From Mytilus edulis (taxonomy: Eukaryota), in assembly GCF_963676685.1 (NCBI RefSeq), contig NC_092346.1, positions 55,428,001 through 55,492,000 on the forward strand: a stretch of 64,000 bases of DNA, written 5' to 3'. Each line of letters starts with the position of its first letter. The stretch's first letter is position 1. The position numbers were made by a program, and so were the translations under genes. This document shows, in pieces, positions 46,864 through 59,347 of this stretch. The notes beneath the pieces are model-generated. The model did not search any database. It saw only the letters and a list, made by a program, of their open reading frames with translations, and was not told where the DNA came from.

Positions 46864-49800
46864 TTTCGAAGTTGTTTTTAAGTCTTTAAATGTGTTAAGA
46901 GTATTTAAAGTAGATAGTCGTTATGAGAGATAGTTAAAATTTCTGTCCTTTTTATAGATCGTTTGTTTTTCGGTCGGATTCTCCCATTGTTCTTCAAATC
47001 CCCTGCAAAGAAACAATGCTTTTGTTTTTTCTTGCACACTGGTGGTATCAAGTTTACCCCCTGGAGTCACTACGTATATGTCCAAATCACTCTATGTGGT
47101 AGGAATAGGAAAGTATTTTGAAATTTTTTAATGTTTACTTTTCGATAGTCGAGTTTTCCACAGACATAACAGTAATACAATACGGCGTTGGAGGAGAACA
47201 ACATTTTGTTTATACAGTTTTGTCTTTTTGCATTTCGTATGAATTATTGTTTTGAAATAGAACAACTCACATGAATGTCATGCTGTCTTGATTTTTGAGT
47301 TTGTAATCATGTATGATAAAGTAATACCCTTAAAGTAAACTTTTTGTGTAATTCCTCCTTTCTCTTTCAATACTTCCTACCTTGTTTGGAAGGCAGCATT
47401 TCTTATGAAACGAATAAGTCTTGTGAATGTTGTTGTCTTCTTTACTGTACTTGTTTATATAATTTTCGATGATTGTATAGTTTGATCTGTCTTTTTCAAA
47501 TTAGTATAGCTTAATGGTTTTTTTTTACTCAATTTTGACAAACATGCTATTCCGTGCAGACAGTGTATGTTGTTGAACATATTGTAGAAGGAATTCATAT
47601 CTGATAAAAGAAGAAGTCTGAAATAAGTTCAAATATGCTTGCATATTAAGCACAGTGATTTTCATACGATTAAATATTCGTTTGTGTCTGATTAAAAACA
47701 AACGGGTACAATATTTAATGCTAATGTTTGCCATGTAGATATACAAATTTCACTTCATTTTCTGCATAAATGTGTTTTCAATTAACATACCGATCACAAT
47801 AGAAAACCTCTATATAAGGTAGTAGATTATGCAAACTCAGATATAATTTACATGTTATATGGTATATATTGGTGTAAATAGAATGCACGTTTTTTTTGTG
47901 GATTCTCATTATATGACAGCCCACTGTCTGAACTTTAAGTGGAATTTTACTGATACTATATGTCGAAGATAGTCCAAGTGGGGTTATTGAATTGTTTTAA
48001 CATCAAAATATATCGCATTTCTCGTTTCCTTTTTTTACTATTATATTGACAGACCAACAGAGAGTTTCGAATATCACCGTCGTGGCTGAAAACAAAAGGT
48101 GTATTCGCTTGATTAGAAAACAATGAGTATACCTACTGATTGACTCAAGGTGGTAAATATCTATCTGGTTATCCTGGTAGGGGTTGTAATATTATTCACT
48201 TGTTCAGTTTTGAAAACTACAGGGGGTCAATGTACATATATACTGTATTTGGTTGTGCTCTATCATTTTTATTCTGTAGATGGAGTAGCGATGATTCCTT
48301 AGGGATATTCAGTGCAATTTCCACTGTTTGGCAATACTATATTTTTGTTTTACTTTATTATGGATTAATAGAAGTGGAATTATTTTGTGTTTTCTTCAAC
48401 CCAACAATATTCATGGATTATAAATTTATCAATATCATATATTTGTTTTAAAAACTAGTGATGATTTTGTGTTCCTGCAATTATGATAAGATTCAGGTGG
48501 ATGTAAAGAGGTTTGATGAGCAAGTTTGATCACTTAATTGTGTATTCTTCAAAAACAATTGTCGATGGATTAAATTTCATACACTGCAAACTGCATTGCA
48601 TTTGAAAACTGTTTGGTAATTCTGTGTTACTCTTTGGTCTCCCTTATGGTATCTGAACATTTCCAAAATTTGTGCATATTACGATTTGTTTATGAAAAGT
48701 TTATAACTATAGTAATAAATAGATTGAAAAAAAAATCCTCTATTTGTAATTTCAGACTTAATTTTTAAATTGTGCTTCTTTTTGCAAATTATTTATTAAT
48801 AATGTTAAAATATTTTACTAAACATCGGTTTCCATCCTAATATTTAGATTGCACACTTTCATGCAAACTGCAATTGATTTATAAGATGAGAGGCATCGAT
48901 GTTGTGTTTTTTTCGGTGGTGATTCAAGCTATGTTTAGACTCAGTGTCGTTTTGGGAAAAATAATTATTTTCAAAGGCGACAATAGTAGTATTTTGGGTC
49001 CGTGTTTTCATGGTTAAAAAAAATCGGTCTACAAAAAGACATATTCTGAGTTTTCAACATCTGTGGTTTTGAATACATTTGAATACATTTGAATAAAGGT
49101 GCCACTGCTTTTTTACGTAACATTGCCTTTTTAGGATATTGTGTGACTCCGGGTGGTTTTCTGTAAAAACGAAAATAAGAAACCGAAATTTCAAAATGCA
49201 AAATAAAAATTAAGGTCAAAAGCAAAACAATTTGCAAGGTAAGGTCACATTAACAGTTTAACATTGAAGAATAGTAGTATATTGATTTTTAAATGTCATA
49301 TTCCTTTGCTGGGGACATTTAACTTAAGTATTTAAATTATTTTGAGAAAAGATTTTAAACTATTTAATTAGGCAGATTTCGCTAAAAGACTCTTTGTTAA
49401 ATTCGTAAAATTAAGTAAATTTTCACTAAATAAAATTCAATACCGTCAAATTGACATACCCCATACCAAGTATAAACAGTAATATTGTAAATGGCCTTGT
49501 CCTGATTGTGCTACATAAATCTGATATTGTTGTTAGAATTTTATATTCAAAATAGTTGCAAAATATTATTTTAATGTAATTATTCTGCAAATAAAATGAG
49601 AGTTCTGTGAACCGGTCAGACAAGTTATTACAGGGAATTAAGCGTATTTTGTCTAGGATTGCAAATAAATCTTTGGGAAAACCTGAAAAATATTACAGTG
49701 ACTTTTTATGGTTCTTGCTTTGATATCACATCGTAAGTTTATAAGGATTATATATATTCAAGGAAATTATAATATAGCACGTACTCGTGGTCTTGATCTT

Positions 49801-50394
49801 AGAATAAAATCACTGAATACAAAGTTACTTTTTTCGTAAACAAATGCAACTAAAGTACCTATTTAGTCGACTCTATGATCAGTTGTAAAGGGTTGAATTT
49901 TTATTCATAAAAAAAAAAGAGTTAGCGAATGTGTTATTTACAAAGAACTAAACACAGAAAAATCAAAAAAAAAATTTTGTTGGAAAAGGGGGATAAGCTT
50001 TTTATCGCGATTTTTTAAAAACCGAAAGGTAAATCAAAGATGGAACAAGAAGTCATAAGTTCAGAAAAAAAACCTGACCTGAACATAAAAGTATCATGGA
50101 CGACATAAAAATAATTTGACCTTGTTCCTAATAATTACAAGCATTTCGTTTATATGTTATAATGTGAATTATAGCATATTATAGAGTTCCTGACATGATA
50201 TATAAAATAACTCTCTTAAATTGAGTAAATTATTAATTATAATTTGTTTTATCATCAAGAAACTAAAGTTCCATCTTCCTCAGTTGACCTTAGATGCTAT
50301 CATTTTAAGTCCCCTTTTTTGTCATACAGCTCTTTCTTCTACATCATTTGGTTTCAAATATTCGGCTTTGAGCGTTCCTGGTGAAGATAATTAA

Positions 50395-51187
50395 AGCCTC
50401 GGTCACACCTTACCGGATAGCTCGAACGGACGCCTAACGGATAAAAAAAAAGTTATCCGTTGACAAAATTTTTATCCGTTGGGAGTCTGTTGGTGTACTA
50501 ACGGACATGTAACGAATGCCTAACGAACACACAACGGACATTGAACGTACGTGAAACGGATACGTACCGGACAGAACGGACGTCGAACGTACATCCAACG
50601 GACGAGTACCGGATAAAACGGACACCTAACGGAAGCGTAACGGATAAAACGGATAAACAAAATAATCTGAAAAATAAAGGCAATAAACCATCTAAAAATT
50701 AAAGGCAATAACCCATGAGAAATTTCAGTTGGCATTTGTCCGTTTTACATCCGGTAGGCATCCGTTTTATCCGTTATCCTTCCGTTAATGTCCGTTTCAC
50801 ATCCGTTTTATCCGTTAGGCGTCCGTTAGGTGTCCGGTAGACGTCCGTTGGTGAATTGGTCTACCGGATCTCCAACGGATGCATAACGGACACGTAACGG
50901 ATACAAAACGGACGAGTACCGTACAAAACGGACGCCTAACGGACGACTAACGGACGTTCAACGGACATTTTATCCGTTGGACGTCCGTTCAAAGTTTTGA
51001 ACATGCTCAAAATTTTCAACCGGACAGAACGGACGTCAACGGATAAAACGGACGCTTAACGGACGCCTAACGGATATGGGCGGACGCCTAACGGATAAGA
51101 ACGGACGTCTAACGGACATGAACGGATTGAAAAAAAGTTATCCGTTAGGCGTCCGTTCAAGCTATCCGGTAAGGTGTGACCGAGGCT
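50395..51187. mobile_element. PIF/Harbinger-like MITE with TAA target duplication and AACGGA(C/T) micro-repeats
   Basis: TAA|AGCCTCGGTCACACCTTACCGGATAGCT...AGCTATCCGGTAAGGTGTGACCGAGGCT|TAA; ~50-bp TIR; a 3-bp TWA TSD is typical of PIF/Harbinger. Confidence 0.85.
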
Positions 51188-53429
51188 TAAGAGAAGCGCC
51201 TTAAACATAAAAAGTCAAATCACAAAAATACTGAGCTCAAAGGAAAATTCAAAACGGAACGTCTCTAATCAAATGGCAAAATAAAATGATAAAATACATC
51301 AAACGAATAGACAACAACAAAAAACATAAAAGTTATATACATTGTAGTTTTATTTTCATTTTCATAAGAGCTTTTTTTTTAATCTTTATTAAACGTTCTT
51401 CTGTGAGATTTTTTTTATTAATATTAATGGGTTGCAATGTTATTTTGATACTTATCTATTGATATTGGTTTCGTGTGGATGTTAACTCATTTACGAATAC
51501 GAAACACATCACTTTCATGGACATCATCTTCCATTCCGTCCATGACTTTATACTTTGTTTTGAAACCCCAGATTGTTGGAAAACTGATAAGACAATCTGT
51601 GTTGGGTTATAAAGATCTACTGGTATTGTGCCAATAATCCGTTAGTTTAAATTTGTAAGCAAGAAATTTAAAAGGGAAAACTCTGTTTGAACCGTTTGAT
51701 TATATAATAGATTTGATAATAGCTTGATACATAACAACCTTTCAATAACCATAGCCTTGATTGCGAGTGTCTGTGACATATCCTCGACATGAATCAAAAT
51801 ATTGCAGCCGGTGCAGTGTACCCGCTTGATAATAACACTAAAGTGGGGTAGAAAGTAAATCTGTTCTTAAAACTACAACGTGTTGGCATTTTTAAACGTA
51901 ATTTATATGAAAATTGGATGTACATAATGACCTCATAAAACAGATGGTCTAAGAATTAAATATAATTACACATAGTAGATTAGCCTGAACAAAACACTGG
52001 AATTATTGAATTATACTTTACCATTTCCAAAGTTTATATTGATTTGTTTGACAATTTAAAGAGAAACGCTATACATGGACTTTAGTTTATTAGCAAAGTG
52101 TAAGTGTTACTTGTATAAAGTAATAACATGTGCACCCTCTATTTCTCTCTTTATCTAAAAAAAATTTAAAAAAATAGAAAGAGAATTTCAAGCCACCCTG
52201 TTGATTTATATAAGTGACTTGTCAAATGTCCGTCTTTTTGGAAGGTCACCTGAATATATACGTGAACGTGTAAAATGCTATTGATAGATGAAGTTGGTAC
52301 GACATTGTCCTTGAAAAGGGACACAGCGAACTGACAAAATACCTTTCGTAAAATTATTCCTAAATTATTTGTTGATATTTTCCTAATATTATGATGTTGT
52401 CAATGGTAATTATTGATAAGCGTTTCGTCTATGCTGAGATTCCTTCATTGTTTTAAAGGTTAACTTTTAAATCTTCGTGGTTTTATTGCTACGTCTATTT
52501 TTTTTGTCACCAGCTTTTGGATTCTAAATACTCGTCGGTCGTACAAAATGAACGCGAATCTTGAAAAGTCAAATTTTAAAGTTACAAATCCTATATTCAA
52601 ACATTTAAATTACAATAATCAAACTCAACATACTCATACTCATTCCATGAAAAAGAAAAGCAAACATTAGTTTGAAACTGGAAACAAATATATTCAGTTC
52701 ATGAAATGTGCGTTTCTGAGAATATCAGTATAAAGACGTTGTTAAACTGTTAAAGTGTGCTTTTCTTAAAAGCATTTGAACTTTAGATTAATAAATATAG
52801 AGATAGTAAGTAAGTCTAGCCAGTGAAACAAAATGAATATCTAGTACACTTTCAATAAGCAATGACTTATCTACAAGGTACTTAGTAGGAGTTGTTTATT
52901 ACTATATATTTGACATTGGAAATTATATTAATATTTATACAGCTTATAAATCTAATTCCATTTCTTTGTGTTCAACAAACTGTGTATAAATAACATTTTG
53001 TCTACACTCTTTAAATCGCCTGTATCAGCAAATACTAAAGGCTTAAAGGTTGAAATCAGCATGAGACCATTGTATAGTAGTAAAACTGACCTTGGTGTTT
53101 AAATTCAAACTTTCACGTAAACAACTTATAATACGTCATGTACTGGCCGATCTTTTGGTCAGTCGTGGTAAAGATAAAAGGCCAGTTAGAGCACACAGGC
53201 ATTAATGAAACTTATTTTAAATCAGCTCATGAACCAAAAATAAACGTACTTAATGCACATTTCTGGTTAAATTAGCGAATAATTAATTGGTGGTGGTATG
53301 ATTGTCACTAGAGTCCAAATAAAGTGGATGTAAACTAGTGGTCACTGTTATATCTTCAACAATGATGATATACATTTGGGACAGTGGTTTAATATCACAG
53401 CATATGAAAAATACTGTCAATTACAGTTA

Positions 53430-53730
53430 AAAGAAATCCAAAAAAAAACGAGCTCCAAAAGAAAATTAAAACGGAAATTTCTTTATAACATGACAAAATC
53501 AAAAGCTAAAAACATCAAACGAACATCTAACGAATGGAAAACAACTGTCATATTCCTGACTTAGTACAGGTATTTTCTTATGTGGGAAATAGTGGATTAA
53601 TCTGGATTTATGGCTAGCTTCACCTCTGACTTGTAGGACAGTCGCATGTAATTCCATTGTATTGACAACAATATGCCAGCAAATCAAACAGACATAATAG
53701 AATAAAACGTCAAAAATTTGGGTACATTGT
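53430..53730 (+). mobile_element. Dispersed repeat (AACGAATGGA.AACAACTGTCATATTCCTGACTT family)
   Basis: Other copies at ~8833-8990, 22185-22250, 32725-32925, 39280-39480 and 51210-51320. Confidence 0.6.
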
Positions 53731-54193
53731 ACAGCAGTTTAACATGAAAATGTCTTGACGCTTTCATTACATGCTTTCTTTGTTATAAAATGTATTGAAC
53801 AAATACATAAACTTCTTTTTGGTGATTTGTTAGAAGAGAACAAATGTTTCAACACCCCTCTGAATCGAACAAAAAAATCACAGAACTTAAATCATCAAGG
53901 CTAATTATTTTGTATAAGCTGAATTATTGTTTGTTTGTTCTTTCGTCATTCTTCTCAAACCATTGTGTTGCATAGGCATGTATCTCCATACATTAACGTT
54001 ACCAATAATCGATATGCAAATAAAATTCTTCAAATATTAACAATAATTGAATATGCAAATAAAACTTGCTACCTTCTTTAAATCTAGCTTGCTAATGCCA
54101 CCTTTCAAAATAAACTAATTCGTTCATGGCATATTTAATGATTGAAAACGAACCGCGATGATTGAAAGTCAACGTTATTCGCTCCATGTCTAT

Positions 54194-54562
54194 TCATTTA
54201 CCCATGAGAGTGTGAAGAAGACTTGATCGACGCCTTCTTTTAGACTTTATAACTGATAGTAAAATATCTTCAAATAACTCATCTACTTCTTCTTTGTTAT
54301 CAGATCTACACTCGATGTACGCATCAAATTTGTTAGATTCCATAATATCAAGTCCTTCTCGTTTAGATACATTGTTATGTTCGTCTCTTGTGTCTTTGTA
54401 TGTGGCAACTAATACCACTGGCGTTTTCTTGCATAGGTTTCTAATTTCAGGAATCCAGAATGACTTGACATTTTCAAAGGATTCTCTGTCAGATACACTA
54501 TAACACAAAATAAATACATTGGCTTCTTTGTAGGACTTTGTTCTAACCTCCTTATAGTCATG
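54194..54562 (-). CDS. Gene 10 exon 2: divergent Rho-like small GTPase
   Basis: Acceptor TTTTTCAG|CAT GAC TAT (HDYKEVRTKSYKEANVFILCYSV); VATYKD, ECRS; tail KRRRRSSLLHTLMGK then TGA. Confidence 0.9.
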   Translation of the reverse strand, partial: HDYKEVRTKSYKEANVFILCYSVSDRESFENVKSFWIPEIRNLCKKTPVVLVATYKDTRDEHNNVSKREGLDIMESNKFDAYIECRSDNKEEVDELFEDILLSVIKSKRRRRSSLLHTLMGK

Positions 54563-55523
54563 CTGAAAAATAAAACAAAATACACCATAAGTAATTTAAT
54601 CTATTTGTGGGACTAATTCTGTGCATGGGCTAAGCATTAATGAGCAAGAGCAAAGACCGGTTGGCTGGAAATCAGAATTAGGTGTCCGGGAAGGGTTACC
54701 GTAATATATTTTCCTGCAGACTGTCAACATTGTCCATGAACTAGAACGTTAACAATCTGACTCGGCGTGTCAGTCTCATACAAAGCAGGTTTAATAATTA
54801 TGTTACATACATATAAAACATGTTCTAGTCCTGAATATGCATATAATTTGCAACATGTTGTTCAAGAGTCATCCGTCATCATTAGTTGCAAAAGTTTTAT
54901 TAACGATTGTGATACGCTTTATGATTTGTCATTAATTTGTTTTGTAATATTTTTGATTATTTGAAAACAAAAAAAATCATTTAGGTATCTTACACATTTA
55001 CATATGAGAAGGAAAACAAATCATTATGTTACAACGTTAAATATTACTTAAGCTAATATAAAAATTGGGAGATGTGGTATGATTGCCGATGAGACAACTA
55101 TCCACCAGTCTGAGAGTAAAATTGAAGTGGTAGTAAGCAATTATAGGCCAACGTAAGCTTACTAAATTTCAAAATCTAAAGCACTTTGGGGTTAGATATA
55201 AATAATAAGAAGAAGATGTGGTATGACTGCCTTTGATACAACTCTCCACAAGAGACAAAACGATACAGAAATAAACAACTATAAAAGGTCACCGTACGGC
55301 CTTCAACAATGTGCAATGCTCATACCGCGTAGTCAGCTAAAAAAAGGTCGTATTCCAATAGAATAAATAATTTGTTTTAAACACTAACCTGGCCAGATGA
55401 GTAGACGCTATTTTGAAATAAACAACTATAGGTCACAGTATGCGTTTCAACAATTTGCAAAGCCCATACCGCATTGTCAGCTAAAAAAGTCTCATCTTTC
55501 AATAAAAAAAAGGAACTACTAAC

Positions 55524-55724
55524 CTGGCCAGATGAGTCTACAATTTTGATGACATAATTTGATCCCAGCATGTAAGTCGGTACAGTGTATAAATCAGAAA
55601 CTGTAGCTGTATAGTCGTCTGATGTTTGACTTCCGGTAAATGTTTTACAAATTTGAGTCTTTCCTACCATCCCATCTCCTACAATAGGGCACATCACAGT
55701 TTTATCATTCTCGTGTGTTAGCAT
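55524..55724 (-). CDS. Gene 10 exon 1: divergent Rho-like small GTPase (189 aa spliced)
   Basis: GDGMVGKT, YTAT, DSSGQ|GTTAGT, 67 codons, same phase-0 intron as genes 1 and 2; TATA 55775-55781. Confidence 0.9.
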
Positions 55725-56259
55725 GTTGTTTATAAGTCAGATCGTCAACTGATCATTTTAAGTCGCATTCACAGTTTTATACCCTAAACTTGAAAAAAAT
55801 TATCCATCTTAAGCACACAACCTTTCAACCGACTAATCCCTCCATAATGACCTTCGACGAGAATTTGAACGCTACTGTGAAATTATTAATCTCTTTCATC
55901 AAAAAATGAAATGTCTCCTTTGCTTTTGAATTATTAATTTTAAGCCTGTCAGAATGTAGACAGTTTTAAAAGAGATAGTTAATTCAAACAAATATCTTAT
56001 AAAATGAAATATATGAATTAAGATATTTGCGTAAATTTGTTTAAGACAAAGTAACTAAGGTTTCAACTCCCTCAGGCAGATTTTACCTTAGATGGTTTTT
56101 GTTATATATTTTATGTTGGTCCCTTTTGGTTACAAAGCGCTTTGATTGTTTCGGGTCTTGTACATCATAGACTTCCAATATTCGACTTCGAGCGTTCATG
56201 ATGAAAGTAAATTCTGAAAAGCGGTTTGGAAGCATGACATTTAAAATGTGTTGTTTTTA

Positions 56260-56530
56260 TTTTTAGCTATTTTGTGCCCCAATGTCCCAATCTGAGCTTA
56301 TGCCATGACTTGGCGTTCGTCGTTATCTGTTGTCTGGCGTCGTCATCATCCGTCGTGGTCGTAAACTGTTTAAAAATTGCAGTTTTTGGCTTATCTTATA
56401 TCTTTAAAAAAACGGTACTTAAAGCGAATCTGACATTGGTTAAAAATGTTAAAAGGTCAAGATCTATCAGCCCTGAAATTTTCAGACGAATCGAACGACC
56501 CATTATCGGGTTGCTGCCACTAAATTAGTA
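56260..56530 (+). mobile_element. Helentron/HINE-like fragment
   Basis: TTTTAGCT...TGAGCTT sub-terminal inverted repeat followed by a CGTC/GTC microsatellite-like tract; related relic at ~13325-13440; classification from recall only. Confidence 0.4.
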
Positions 56531-57542
56531 ATTAAAATTTTCATTACTGGGTTTTTACTGTAATTCCTTTATAAAACTTAGGTTATTTAAGAATTAACAA
56601 AGTAGGATGTTTATACGACAAGGCATACATGTACCATAGGAGGTTTTGTTTTAATATGTTTTTTCAATTTCACAACATAGGTCGAAATCTATGGAATGGA
56701 ACGTTAACATTTTTTTTTCTTCTTTAGGCATGAACATATTAATATTAACGAGTTTCTTAATCAAATACAAGGTTTTTTAATTCTTTTTTTTTTAAAGATT
56801 TTTTTTCTGGAACAGTTTAATGCGTAGTGCAAGGATATCGAGGTCAGTAGAAAAGGTATCTTTTATAACAATATAAATTCATCAACAAGAACAATGTAGA
56901 ACATATTGATCAAATTTAGGGCGCACATGATTAAACTCTATTAAAAGTTATAGCAGATGTCGATGTTAATACGCTTTAACTTCGGTGGTAATAACCTATA
57001 ATTGGGATTGAAGTATTTTAATTGATTTAAATACTAGAATATTACATCTGTTCAGGACAGTCTGACTAGGAAATTATAGTTAATAATGAGATCTATATCA
57101 TTCTTTTCTCAATCAATTAATTAAAATTAAAAGTTTTGCGTACAATACTTGTTTATGCAATCCTTAGATTTGAACTTGACTTGACCTCACTAACTCTTTT
57201 TTTCGTAATTCATTGTTAAAATTTGATGGCATAATATCCCCATAGACATTTGTATAACAACAGCGTCTTTAGACCTGCAATTTGAACCATAACACTCAAA
57301 GTATAATAAAATTAAACTTAAAGAGGCAAAATTTGCATAATTGTGACACCATTTGAATGTTTAAGTAGTTATTTTCTATGGATTACATATATTTTACATT
57401 CTGAGTGAAGATGAATTATAAAGTAATTGGTATTTTGATTGATTTTTGGCACAGTCGTAAGGCCTCTTTTTAACCTGATCTTGAACTCTCAATACTTCAT
57501 AAACAAATCTATAAAATAATATTTTATCATATAATGAATACA

Positions 57543-57702
57543 CAGAGGCGGATTAAGGAGGGGGCAGGGGGCCCGCCCCCCTCCCCTTTTGGGGAAAAAT
57601 GTGTTTGCTTATATAGGGAATCACTGAAGCGTGACTGGAGCGGGCCCCCTCTTAGGGCAGTCAGTGGGCCCCCACTTATGAAAATTTCTGGATCCGCCAC
57701 TG
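57543..57702. mobile_element. 160-bp GC-rich MITE with 5-bp TSD
   Basis: ATACA|CAGAGGCGGAT...ATCCGCCACTG|ATACA. Confidence 0.75.
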
Positions 57703-59214
57703 ATACATGTACATTGTATATACAAAGAGCTGAATATAAAACTCCAACAAGTTTTCCTTTTTTTTTTTAGATAAAAAGCATTTCTTATCTTCTGTTAAAT
57801 TTTTTTTTTTAAATATCAATTTTGATAAGTGCAAACTTATTTATATTGCGTTCAGTGTTTAAGAATATCTGCTAAGCTTCTTTTTGGACAAGTTATCTAA
57901 GCAATTTCTTAATTTTTCAAATGCAAAACATTGTACAACCCTAGTAAACCATTAATGATCTTCAAACTATGTTCTATCTATGGGATTGTTTTGTTATCCA
58001 TGGTTCTTCCATATGTTTTGCATAGTTTGATTTTCTGTTGTGCCGTTACAGCACTGTCCCAGATAAGAGGAGGGTTGGTCGATGATTGCTTACCTCCGAG
58101 TCATTTGAACTTTGCTGGATATTTGTCTCAGTGGCAATCATACAACATTTCTTTGTTTTTCCATCAAATATTTAGAATTTACAAGTCCATTGACTTTAAA
58201 CACATCGCAAAATTCCAAAGTGATTAAGTGGTTTTGGAAATCAAAGGTGTATAACAATAAAATTCTTTATTTAACGAAGGTAACACATTTAACAATTACA
58301 TGTTAATCTTCCATGAGGCTTTCAAAAACTATAAATACAAATAGAAAAGGGGGAAAAAAAGACATACAAAGTAAAATACACAATACAGTTAAATATAGCG
58401 GCTTTAATATTGAATAAGTACATAATATGCATTAAATAGAAGAAGAAAAATACATTAGTTTCGTGCATCTTTATTCTGTTCAGTTAGAAAATAGTTTGAA
58501 CAGTTGGTCTTAAATGTATCTAAATTATCTATTTCTTTAATATTACTTGGTAAATTATTCCAGTGAATAAGACCAGAATATTTAAATGTTCTTTTAAAAA
58601 AATTAGAATTAGATTTAAAAAATCAAAATTAGGTATACTTGATTTGGAGTCTTAAAAATATAATGTAGATAATATTATTTCATTATCATATGAATATAGT
58701 TTTTAACTTAAGCATATATAATACGTAGGCGACTAAATCAACTATATATTTTCAATAAATGTATTTGCCAACTTTATAGTGTGAACAGAGTCAGTTAAAA
58801 ATCTTTATCTTTTTTGTAAATCAAAATATGCTGATGCTTTAAAATATATAACCACAGCAATTTATGTATAGAAGATATACTTGATAAAATATATATTTTG
58901 ATTGCAGATGAAAACTTGCTGATTTAAGTTAAAATCCGAACCACAATAATTTATAGATATTTATCAATATGAAAAATATTAAAATATTTATATTGTAAAA
59001 CATTTATCTGACCTTAATCTTACCACTAGATTAACAACGCCTATTAACACTCAAATAATTAAAATAGTTTAATGTTATCAATTTATCAACCTTGTATATA
59101 TATATTGATCGCTTGACCCAAGACTGACCGAAACCTAATTGAGTAACTATCATAAAAATGTTATTACCAACTATTTGGTTACGAAATTTTATATCATATG
59201 TTAAATGGCTATAT

Positions 59215-59347
59215 GTAAACTTCTCTCTCACTATCCGAATGGAAAGCAATTCATATTAGTTTAAACTGTCTTTCAAAAGGTAGATATATGTAACCTTCTT
59301 TCTCACTATCCGAATAGAAAGCAATTCATATTAGTTTAATCTGTCTT
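59215..59347 (+). repeat. Two-copy ~75-bp tandem repeat
   Basis: CTCACTATCCGAAT(G/A)GAAAGCAATTCATATTAGTTTAA twice. Confidence 0.8.

Noticed and set aside
50395-51187. CRISPR-like array or coding ORFs in the AACGGA repeats
   Set aside because: Repeats are 6-11 nt with no unique spacers and sit inside TIRs; the ORFs are low-complexity by-products
54003-54066. Paired octamer motifs ATGCAAAT
   Set aside because: Explained by a ~40-bp local tandem duplication in the gene 10 3' region; no other support
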